Assembly (NCBI GenBank): GCA_045837725.1
Contig: JBEWZL010000260.1
Coordinates: forward strand, 682,001 to 720,738
Direction: 5' to 3'
DNA: 38,738 bases
Origin: Vermamoeba vermiformis
Taxonomy: Eukaryota
The notes under the pieces are model-generated. The model saw nothing but the letters and a program-made list of their open reading frames with translations, was not told where the DNA came from and searched no databases. Each line of letters begins with the position of its first letter. Positions within the stretch are counted from its first letter, which is position 1. Made by a program: the position numbers and the translations under genes. Below, one piece after another: positions 25,100-35,964 of the stretch.

Positions 25100-27650
25100 A
25101 GTTGACAGGGAATCTCCCTCACTGCCTTTTATTTATAGCTCAACAAGTAAGTTAGGCTACGCCCTGCGGTTAACCAACCAGTGCCACCAAAAACAAGCTT
25201 CCACAAGTGCCCTGTGGTAGTGATATTACATCTGTATAAATTTGCCACACATTTTTGTATGGCAGTTTCCAATTATTAAACAAAGAACCTGTTTTCTAGT
25301 TTCAAACATTGTTAGCTAGCTAAAGATATATATTTGGGTAACTACAATACCATTTTACTAGAATGACATGGACAATGTGTTTGGCATTATGGCATTGAGT
25401 AAAGAATGTCTGGCAACTTTGAGGCAAGTTCTTAAAGACAATGAATGTTGTTGCAGTATCTACACAAAGAACCTTGAATTATCCACATTCACCAATGATG
25501 TCCAGTCACTGCCTCCTTTGGACGATAACTTTAACTGTCAAGAACAGTGTCATAGGTGGAAGAATTTTTTCAAGTTGCTTCAGGTTATGCTTGGTTTTAT
25601 TGGTAGAGTGATCTAACCAAAGTAGAACAATCCAATGTGACCGTGTAAATGAAAAGCAGTCTACCAGCTTATTTGCGCTTGTGAAACTAAGTCTTATACC
25701 TATAGGTTGATTTTAGAGGGTATTCAAGTGTGCTGTATTTTATTTAAGGATTTGGTCTCTTGGTTTGATTGGTGATAATCGTGCGTTCAACAAAAGTTAG
25801 CTTGTTAGAACGAGCGACCAGTACGGAAATACATCTTGATGGTTATACCATCGATCAGAAACAAGATACCTAGGAAATTTGTGTTTATTCTCACATCCAT
25901 CAAAGCATCAAACTCTCTCTATGACAATGTGGAGTTTCCAGAGGGTGATTATGGTGCTTGTCCACAATTCCCAGAGTGGCCTTAGACAACAATGGCCCAA
26001 CTACAATTTATCAGCTGCCCAAAACTAAGCAAGTGAATCCCCCACCAGCTCCAGATCCAGCAGAGCAACCAGCAGCAAAGAAGGCAAAGGAGAATTGACA
26101 ATTGTTTTTTTATATAAAAATGTAGTTTAGGCCTCATTTCTGTTGTGCAATACAAATGCACAGTGGTGATTCCACTGGATTTCGCAGGAGAGTTTAAACG
26201 AGCTCCTCAAAGAAATTGGCTGTGCCGAGTGCCAATACGACGTACCTTTCTTCTCCCAATGCATCTCTGCGGAATCACCGATAGTGCGAGTCCCAGTCGA
26301 GCCAATCCAAGGTAAATCCAAACGTTGTTCGCCTAATAGTTTCTTACGGTTAACAATAGGAACTGCGACTGTCCCCGAGCAGAACAAACACCTGGAAATC
26401 GATTTCATCCCTGGCTGTAACGGAGTTGGCTACGAGTGCTTTCATCTTCCCTCCTTCTTAGCACGACATCCTGTGCACAACAAAAATAAGAGAAGTGGAG
26501 AAAACCTGCCGCAGCCCGATACTAAGCGGCGACGAACCGAGAAAGCAACTACAGAAGTTGGCGGCGATGGCTCAAGCGCAGACAACTAATCCAGTCATTC
26601 TGCGATCAAGATCGATTTGTTCACCTTACCAGCATCGCCGATTCAAAGTCCAGGATTTTTTAATGACGAAATACCGGTATGTATTCCACACTGGCTTTGA
26701 CCTTGGCTGACCATTCTTCAACAGACTTCCCCGAGCAATCCTGCTTCACCCATCCAACTCACTTCGCCGATCCAACTCACAGACACGATTGCTACCGTCA
26801 CAAACCCTGCTAAACCACCGCTTCCCCACGCAATACAGCTCAAAGGTAAGGCTTAGTTCATTACTGAACCTACTAACACCAAGTTCAGTCACCCCGCGAG
26901 TCCAATTTTCGTTAGTGCACGGCCTTTGCTTAGTAGGCAAACCTCTCCTATTTCAGGATGCTCAAGGCGATCGATTTTGTCGTTTACAAGCTGAGGATTG
27001 TATTATTAGTCTCTCCGAGCTTGGTACAATCAACCTTGTCAACCAACTTGCTTGCCGAGAATTCTCCTTTGTCCGCGTGAAGTTTTCCCCGACGGGCTTG
27101 TCCATGACTAAACATGCTGTGCAGTTGTAAGTACTATATTCAAATATTTAATGATAATAACTAATAGTTACCACTAGCATTCAACGTTTACGGGTTCTTT
27201 GCTTCGAGGACGTGGATCCGGAACTCGTTGCAAAGCTATGTCCTGTACTTTACCCTTCTCTTCGCGCTTTGACGATCAAGGGCATAGTACAGCCACTGGC
27301 AGTCTATGCATTTCCCTCCTTCAAGTGGCATAACTTGCGATTTCTTCATTTGGCAAGCGACACATGGGTACTGCCACTTTTCCAAGCAATGGGCGCGTCA
27401 GTTGCCGAAGTTCTCAATATGCTCTTTGTCTTGGCTCCAAACCTGATGGGTTTGCGGTTGCCAATTCCAAAAGAGGACGATACGAAAACGTCTTGGGAGA
27501 TTTGTCTGACGGGTGTCAACTTCCCGCCTGAATTTCTCCTTTTGGAACTCGAATCACACTGCCCCGGAGTCTACATCGACTTACGCGACCTCGATCAACT
27601 ACCTTTGCGGCATCTATGCCTGGTCAACATTATAGTATTTATTAGGTTAC
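25100..27650 (+). pseudogene. Decayed multi-exon gene(s) of unknown function ending in an LRR-like region; truncated next to repeat array A
   Basis: Spliceable exons with in-frame TGA (26167) and TAA (26587) interrupting otherwise open frames; NLS-like KRRRTEK; LRR-like WHNLRFLHL, APNLMGLRL, LPLRHLCL; 5' part strongly CpG-depleted. Confidence 0.5.
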
Positions 27651-27700
27651 TACAGTTTAGGGTTTCGCGTTCTGAAGGGCAAATAACACCCTAGCACTGC

Positions 27701-28135
27701 AGAACAGGGGTGTAGTCCTTGAAACTACGCCCTTGCAAACCAGAATGGGGGTGTAGTCCTCGAAACTACGCCCTTGCAAACCAGAACGGGGGTGTAGTCC
27801 TCGAAACTACGCCCTTGTGAACTAGAATGGGGGTGTAGTCCTCGAAACTACGCCCTTGCAAACCAGAACGGGGGTGTAGTCCTCAAAACTACGCCCTTGT
27901 GAACTAGAACAGGGGCGTAGTCCTCGAAACTACGCCCTTGCAAACCAGAACAAGGGTGTAGTCCTCGAAACTACGCCCTTGTGAACTAGAATGGGGGTGT
28001 AGTCCTCAAAACTACGCCCTTGTGACCTTGAATGGGGCGTAGTCCTCGAAACTACACCCTCACAAGCCAGAACAGGGGTGTAGTCCTTGAAACTACACCC
28101 TTACAAGCTAGAACAAGGGTGTAGCCTTCAAACTC
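27701..28135. repeat. Tandem array A: 11 x 41-bp palindromic units
   Basis: Units start at 27701, 27742, 27783, 27824, 27865, 27906, 27947, 27988, 28029, 28069, 28110; stem GGG(T/C)GTAGT / ACTACGCCC, loop CCTCGAA. Confidence 0.97.
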
Positions 28136-28159
28136 AGGGACATAACTATCTGCGTCTTA

Positions 28160-29250
28160 TTTATTTACTGTGCACAACTGGTTGCGCGACCAGCTGGACA
28201 CAGGCAAGGAAGTGACAGGGCACAGAGTGCAACGAGAGAGTGCCCAAGCCAGTCACAGAGGCAGAGAGCATGAGTGCCAGCAAGGAACAGCAAACAAAGT
28301 GATGTGTGGTGAGAGCTCATGACACGGTGTGCAATCAGGCTTGACGAGCAGCTTGCTGCAGTGTGCACAGTGGTGCATGCAGTGTCATCAGCATGCAGTG
28401 CGCTGTCACTGCTTAACTGTCACTGCTTAACTGTCACGTGTGATGCGCAGTGCGGCAGTGAATGTGAACAGCGTGCTCGACCAGCTCGATGAACTTGCAC
28501 TGCTCGGCCAATGGGTGCGCTGGGCAATGCTACCGGCGTGAGGTTAGTGCTGGAACTAGTATGCGTACACATCATTCGACGCACCTGCTATGCTTTCACG
28601 GGCCTTGGCTGGCGATGCCGGTGTCGAGTAATTCTTGATATCTGTTGTGGAAGTACACTTGGCCTTGGTGCTGTGGCTCTTGGCCTATGCGCGCCGTGTG
28701 CGTATAGTGGCATCAAAGCGATTCTAGGTTGTGTATCGGGCTTGACGTGTCATAAAACGTTGCACGCATCGGGTCAGATTCGTGATCGAGGTAAAATCTA
28801 CTTGACTTACCTCTTGCAGGTTGCTTGTAGCTATCTGGCGGTCATGCTGAAGCTTGCAGAACGTGTGGTGCTTATATGGAGGCTAGCTACACTATACAAA
28901 CGATAAAAATTAGATGCCTCGCATCTGAAAATTATGATTTAAAATTTTTTCCCTTACCTCATGCCGCACTTGTTGGCTAGCACCTTAAAAGCATGACCCT
29001 TTGAATTAATTATGTCGTAGGTGCAGTCCCTACGCAGCAGTGAGCTCGAAGAACAACTGCGTGTGATCAGCAGTGACAGATCGGCCGAAAAACCTTTCCT
29101 AAAAATTAATTTAAATTCTCCCCTGAGTTATTAATTAAGCAACTCACCTCAGCGTACTAAGCACTGTACGAGCACGTATTGGGCCACCAGACAGTCAATC
29201 TCGGCACAACCGAAATATTACTTGCCGCGTGAAACGCGTATGTTGCGTTC
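28160..29250 (-). ncRNA. Putative spliced non-coding transcript (minus-strand module 1)
   Basis: Minus-strand donors near 29147, 28958 and 28809 with matching YAG acceptors; AATAAA at ~28160; no spliced ORF found; exon structure shared with module 2. Confidence 0.4.
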
Positions 29251-29352
29251 AATAAATAAAAAAACAACTACATAAAATTAATTACACAACCATTGTGGTG
29301 ATCGTGTTAGTAGGTATTTTTAAGCTAACGGTTTAGCGTGCAAATTTGTCAG

Positions 29353-29420
29353 CGTGCCAGGATTTATCCCAGCACAAACAATTTTTGGCAGCACGTGCTG
29401 TTCGACACACGTCGGTTTTC
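29353..29420. promoter_or_regulatory. Conserved 68-bp core, copy 1 (putative bidirectional promoter or origin)
   Basis: 65/68 identical to 31380-31447; contains GTGC.AGGAT/ATCC.AGCAC dyad and CACGTG; lies between divergent splice-signal arrays. Confidence 0.5.
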
Positions 29421-29717
29421 GCGGTCGACACGCGTCGGTTTTCATTCTGTTGACTAAATAAGGAAGTGACCGTTGCATTAAACTTCGACAGATCAACCAC
29501 AAGGGTCGATTTATTTATTTATTGTTATTACAGCATATACAGTAACGCGCCACGGCATCAGAGAAGAGAAATGATGATAGAAAGAGTGAAATTTCATTGT
29601 GAATCTGATGGAGAATGAGTGAAAATGATTGAATTTGATTGAAATTGCAATGAAATTACAGTCAAATTGCATTGAATTAGCATCGAATTACAATAGAATG
29701 ATGTTGTAGTCTAGTCA

Positions 29718-29870
29718 CTCTTCGAGCGCCACAGAGGTATGAGAATAGCAAACGAAATCTCATTGGAAGTAATGCACTCTTTGAGCGCCACAGAGGTATC
29801 GATTTCGATCTTTTAAATCAAAAATACAGTAATGTAGGCTATATCACTTGAGGCGCCACAGAGGTATTGA
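29718..29870. repeat. Three dispersed copies of GCGCCACAGAGGTAT
   Basis: Three copies ~60-70 bp apart, preceded by a degenerate GAATT/TGAAA low-complexity tract (29580-29700). Confidence 0.85.
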
Positions 29871-29984
29871 TAGTCAAATTCATATATACTGTAGGGCCTG
29901 GCCATATAGGGCTAGCCCTGAAAAACCATGATATGTTGGAAAACTTCAAAATAAAAACAACACACTAGTAAAACTTGGCAAATT

Positions 29985-31265
29985 TTTTATTTACAAATTA
30001 CTCATACAAAAATGAGCTGAGGCAGAGGCAGATGTGGCTGGTGTGGGCATCCCAAGGCTTGTCTGCACCAGGTCAAGGGCCATGAAACGTGGCTGATAGA
30101 CATGCACCAATAATTACCTAAACAATTAGCTGTTTAGTTAAAAGTTGTTCAAAACAGCTAAGTCCTCATACATCGTCTCCATGTGGAGACGACCTCCAAA
30201 AAAACAAAGTCGTAGGAGGTCGTCTCCCTAAGGAGACGATGTATGAAAATAATAAAGTCCGGCAGAGGTCGTCTCCCTATGGAGACGATGTCGGAAAAAA
30301 CTAAGTCCTAAACTAACTTACCTTTGGCCAGTTGTGGTATGCCTCAATGCACCGAAGGTTGTACAACGGCACCACAGAGCGAAAGGTACCAGCTGAACGA
30401 GCAGGACTTGGGAAATTCGTCAAGCCCTAAACAAACAAGAGTTCAGTCAGATGCCGCGCCGAAAATTAATTTAAAAAATTTAATGCGAGTCCTAGGAGGT
30501 CGTCTCCTCCACAAAGACAATCTACGAAAAAAACGAAGTCCTAGGGGGTCGTCTCCATCGCGGAGACGATCTATGAAAAAAAATTTAGTCCAAGGAGGTC
30601 GTCTCCATCACGGAGACGATCTATGAAAAAAACTAAGTCCTAAAGGGTCGTCTCCATCGTGGAGACGATGCCTGAAATATCTAAGTCCAAACAAACTTAC
30701 CCTAGGCCATAATGGTTACTGAGTTGTATTGCACCGTGGCAGACCATAGAGCGAAAGGAAACAGCTGAACGCAGCAGTTTAGCCAAATGTAGTTGAGTTT
30801 AAGTAAATTGCTTGCTTACCGTAATATCCACGTGTGAGAATTAATTGCCAAGCTTGGCAAACTTGCAGGACTTAGGAGATTTGTTAATCAGATGCGAAAA
30901 AATTAATTCGAACAGCTTACCTAGCGCTGGAGGCTTAGTCACGGAGGGCAGCAATACACTAAAGTGTGTAATAACGCGCTGTGTAGTTCATGAGCGTCAG
31001 CTCCCTACACGAATGGTGAATGTTAGATGCCGCGCATCTGAAATACGGATTTAAATTTTTTTTGCTTACCGAATGCTCTGTACTGCAAGCGAAAGTATGA
31101 CCGATCAGCTGTAAAACTAAAATTAAAAATTAATTCTGCCTGAATTATTCTTCAGGTTATGGAAACTCACCTCCGAATACGCACTGTACGAGTACATAAT
31201 GGGCAGCAGACAGCCGATCGGCACACCGGGTAACCTTGGCACACGAAAGCAGTTGCGTTGCGGGC
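29985..31265 (-). ncRNA. Putative spliced non-coding transcript (minus-strand module 2), paralog of module 1, with hairpin array B in its introns
   Basis: Minus-strand donors near 31170, 31068, 30920, 30820, 30700, 30321; duplicated exon 30322-30393 / 30701-30765; no spliced ORF found. Confidence 0.4.
30160..30690. repeat. Tandem array B: 7 palindromic units of ~47-49 bp in two blocks (3 + 4)
   Basis: AAGTC.N4-5.AGGTCGTCTCC-N4/5-GGAGACGAT.N.A-run; blocks at 30160-30310 and 30487-30690. Confidence 0.95.
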
Positions 31266-31379
31266 AACAACTCAATAAACAAGAAGATAAAAATAAATAA
31301 AACTAATTATGACCATTGTGGTTGTCTTGGTGTTCATGAGAATTAATGAAAATGATTTCGTGTGTTGAAATTGTTTCGC

Positions 31380-31447
31380 CGTGCCAGGATTTATCCCAGC
31401 ACAAACATTTTTTGGCGGCACGTGCTGTTCGACGCACGTCGGTTTTC
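31380..31447. promoter_or_regulatory. Conserved 68-bp core, copy 2 (putative bidirectional promoter or origin)
   Basis: 65/68 identical to 29353-29420 inside a more diverged ~430-bp duplication (29141-29562 / 31164-31587); followed by GGAAGTGACCGTTGCA in both copies. Confidence 0.5.
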
Positions 31448-31499
31448 ACTGTCGAAGTCGGTTTTCGGCAGTAATGACTAAATACGGAAGTGACCGTTG

Positions 31500-34400
31500 C
31501 AATTTACGGAAAAAGCTTTGACAGATCGACCACAAGGGTCGAGTTATTATTTATTACAGCTGAAAGCAACGTGCCGCGGCATCAGAGCCGTTCCAGCGCG
31601 AGTTATTTGGATCGAGAGCTGATGCGAAAACGGTCGAGCCGTGTTATTTCGTTAGCAATTTGTCCGCTATCAGATGACTCGTTGGCCGCATCGAAATAAT
31701 TAGTAAGCTATTTTATTTTAATAAAAATAACGAATATGATGCAATGAACGCGGCTTTTTGAAATTTAAATTCAACATAAAAAAAATTAATTTATATTCGG
31801 ATCGAGCTTTCCACTCGAACCAAAGTTAAATAATTATTTACATTATCGTTTATATATTTATTAATCGTAATTTTGCAGGTTTTTATGAAGAAGGCACGGA
31901 CCCAGACCGGCTGAGCCGATCGAAAACTCGATCCGTGACATGCCAAAGTTTTCTTGACCGGTAAGTGCATTTGGATAGTTAAATATCTAATATTCGACAA
32001 TCTAACTTTATTTATTTAGGCCTTGAGTGAACACGAGAACGGATCTAGATCGCGATCTTCACGCGATAAAAAATTTACATCTAAGGGTAAGTTAGAAATA
32101 TTAATGGTATAAATCGATAGTATTATAGTAGTACTAACGTTTTATCGACCTTGCGAGCGTCAACAATTTCCATTTAAAGAATAAGACATCGATGGTAAGT
32201 TTATAATAATAATCACAAAGCCAAGTACTAACGAGTTGTATTAGTAGGAATGCTCCCACGAACGTTCGAGCCTGATGAAGTTGATCAAGAAGTACGGGCT
32301 CGATCCGATAAATTTTGCTTGACGCGACCACGAACGCTTAAGAGTAAGTAAATTGCATTATAAAACGTATTTAACAATTATTTTAATATCTGTTTATTGT
32401 TTAGTTGGCCTGATTACGCGTTAATATTGACTAATGGATTCACGAATTAGCGAAGAATATCAGCGCGGTGGTCAATAGGTAAGTTAATTTACGCTTTAAG
32501 TATTATATATAATCAATAATTAACTCTTTGATATTGCTAGAGTTGATGCGTGATTGCTTTCATCGCAGATGCGGGATCTCAGACCGCTAATAATCTCACA
32601 GGTAAGTCTCATTATTGTATATTATGAATACTAACGTTATTTTACTACTAATTAGAAATGTGTGAAGGGTTATTTACGAGAACAGACGCTAAGATCGAGC
32701 ACCACAGCTCAAGATAAATTTTCACGTAGCACATTGATCGCGCTACAAGTAAGTTAAATAATTGTTATATTATTATATTAAAGTACTAATATCGTTTATT
32801 ATACAGAGCAATTGGTTGATTCCAATTTGCGTGGATTCGGGAACGCGATCTGGTGCCCGAATTTCAGACATTGATAGTGCTAAAAGTAAGTAGAACGTGT
32901 TTAAATAACATATCATACTTATTGATATTGTTTTTATTTCAGGTAAGAGCACGTTGGCTATTTTTACGATCGTTGAAGGCGCGATCTGACGCGAGCATTA
33001 TTTTTGATTCATGTCAAATTACGGACCCGTAAGTAGCATAAACCAATCAATCGTATATGCTAATATAATATTTTAAATCAGAGTCGCTGAATTCGGTGAC
33101 ATTACGTAGAAAGCGGATCCGCAACTTAACCGGATTCGTGACACGAAAACAAAGTTGGAAGCGTTAAGGTAAGTTTATTTAGGCTATTAGTCATTTTAAT
33201 ACTTTTACTAACTCTTCTATGAGTATTTTCAAGGAGGAATTTGTTTATCCTCAGGGCCCGCGTTAATCCCTTATAGTCAGCGCGATTAATTGCTTGATAA
33301 GGTAATTGCTTCCTCTAAATATTATTGTTGTTTTATTTACTCATACGTACTATGGTCAGGTCGTTTCACGGTATACTGGCTCTTTCCGTTCGTGTCCCAC
33401 TGGGTCGGTAACTTGATGGCGAGTTCGGATGCGTTGGACGCATCAGAATAGTTGGTAAGGTCAATTGTAATAATAATTACAATCAATAAGACGCAGGGAA
33501 TGCGTCAATTTAAAATTTGAAATTACACGTACGGATCGAGCTTCGTGCTCGTATAAAATTGAAATTGTTATTCATTTGTTATTATAACAATATGTTAATC
33601 CTTCTTTTATTTGTTCAGAACTAACGCGCGAGCTCTAAATCAAGCGTGAATCAATTTATATATCATATTCATGGCCGGTAGCGAATCAAGCGTAAGTAGA
33701 TTAAATCTTGTATTTTATTGTTATTTAATATTCTAACATGGTTTATTTAGGATTTGGAATTTCACGATGATGGATCTTGAACGCGATCTTCTCGCGTTAA
33801 CAGATCAATTACATCGACAGTAATTGACCGGTAAGTATTCCCAGCACTAGATATCGAGCAACACTAACGTTTTGTTTAATCAGAAATGGGCAGTGCAAGC
33901 ACTCAGTAAAATTAACAAGATCGAGATCAGGTTACATCTCGATCCTTGAAAATTTATATGGCGTGCATCTATTACTCTGAAGGTGAGTAATGCCCTTGTT
34001 TATTTATACTTTAACTCATTGATACTAATTAGATGTCTTGGGAAATGACATGGAGCTGGGGCCGGAGATCGGGTAGCGACATCCCGATCTCTCAGAAGTT
34101 CAGTGACGCATCGATCGCGTCAAAAGTAAGTAAAATGCTTTAAAATTAAATATAAAAGCCAATATTAATGATTATTCTTATTTAGGATTTATTCGGCTGA
34201 GATCATCGGATCGATCACTCGATTGCTTTTGAATTAATGCTGCGCATCAATTGCACCGAAAGTAAGTCCAAAGCGCACATTTATAAAATATGATATTAAT
34301 ATCTTTATTATAGTTTGATAGCACGAGACTTAGCAGAAGCAGTGCACGGGATCTGACCAGTGCCTGCTTAATTTTCACGGTAGACGAAGATTCAATTACA

Positions 34401-35870
34401 CGTAAGTAATAGATGGCGATTAAATTATATATTGACTAATAGAATATTACAATAGATTGGCTAAAAGAAGCGGCGAAGAAGTGGCGAAGAAATTTGATCC
34501 GCAACTTCAGCGGATTTGCAACCGGAAACTTAGCCCGTGGTAATTGGTACGTGATTTTACGTTTAATTTTATATTCACAATCAATTCATTAATGTTATTA
34601 GAGAATGGATCCCAGAGCGGCTGTACTCGGATCTTGGCTGTTTTAGAACACAATTCATACGAGCCACGTTTTAAATTAAAAAATTGTAATTAGGTCTTAG
34701 GACCAAGCAATAAAAATTGTCAATTCACTTGTACATGTATTAAGGCAGTTAATAAAATTAATAAACGAGCTCCCGCTAAAGATCTGATGCTGTTATTTTT
34801 AGCTTGGACAGATCGACCACAAGGGTCGAATATTTATTAAAATTGTTGATTAACAGCTGACAGTGACGCGCCACGGTCGCCACGGCCGTTCAGCGCGAGT
34901 TATTTCGAGGATAGACGCGTGCGAATCTTGGATTCTCAACAGATCGACCACAAGGGTCGGTTTGTTCATTTGGATAATTTTTATTGAATCATTAGGTAAC
35001 GCGCCAAACGACTTTCAGCGTCGTTGCAGCGCGACATTCAAAGCAAGATCTAAAGTGTTGCGAATCTCGGTGCAGAGAACGAGATAATTAAAGGTAATAA
35101 ATTTTAAAATACCCTTCCACCATCTATAAAATTATTCTACGCTTAATTGAATTTAAATTAAATTTATAGTTTTAATGAAATCTTGCGAGATTCGGATCGA
35201 GCTTAGTGCTCGTGTTTTATCCGAATCTCAAGTAAAATAGTATTAAATCACATTAATTACACAATATTAACGTTTATTTTTTATTATAGACTCCACGTAG
35301 AAATTTTTAGCGCGATCGCGAAAGTCCTACTCACTTTCTGTTCGCGAGATCCCGACCACCAATGGTTGTATTATTGTCTTCTGGTGCCCTCCATTCGTGT
35401 CCCGCTGCAGGGACGATCACCATTGCTCGCCGACGGGGTCGGTAACTTGATGGCGAGATCGAATCCGCCCAGACCGTGGAAATAATTCGGTAAGTTTTTA
35501 AAGATATTCAATGGTGATAGAATAATCGTACCAATGCGTCGATTATTCATTTAAAAATCAACTTAAATTTATAAATTTTGTTAAATTCGTATCGAGCTTC
35601 CCGCTCGTGCAAAGTTTAAATCATTGGTTATTCTCTTATCAATACAATATGATAATTGTTATTTTATAGGTTATTTCGGTGTCGTCTGCACGCATCCGTA
35701 CGGATCGTTCGCGAAGTCGAACCCTCAATCCCCACTAACTCTTCAAGCGTAAGTAGTTTAAATTTATTATATTATTCTATTCAATATTCTAATGCTATTT
35801 ATTTTGGCGTTAAAAGTTACACGGGACGGATCTCGAACGCGATCTTCATGCGTTATCAGATCCATTACAT
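31500..35870 (+). ncRNA. Putative multi-exon structured lncRNA locus (>20 short hairpin-forming exons)
   Basis: More than 20 GTAAGT-type donors, mostly ~110-150 bp apart, mostly followed by a 50-65 nt AT-rich intron with CTAAC/TTAAT-like branch site and YAG; exons GC-richer and self-complementary; some exons have stops in all 3 frames. Confidence 0.55.
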
Positions 35871-35964
35871 TTTATATATACTTGGGGTTGACGGATGTTT
35901 GGGTTATGGAAAAAATACTAAGTCGAACGGCCAATGCATGAAATATCCTCTGGACAACACCAGA

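Noticed and set aside
30171-30670. Inverted CGTCTC (BsmBI-type) sites suggesting synthetic cloning DNA
   Set aside because: Units are degenerate, homologous to natural array C and embedded in introns; no vector sequence is seen
31879-34550. Exon array as Dscam-like mutually exclusive coding exons or as a snoRNA host gene
   Set aside because: Some exons have stops in all frames and phases differ; introns are short and AT-rich with no visible C/D or H/ACA boxes. A DLERDL-like peptide in three paralogous exons leaves a coding ancestry possible
35435-35478. tRNA-like T-arm (GGCGAG-ATCGAAT-CCGCC; paralog GAGTTCGGAT at 33421)
   Set aside because: No D-arm/A-box or anticodon arm at tRNA spacing, and the paralog does not keep the stem; at most a T-loop-like motif in the ncRNA
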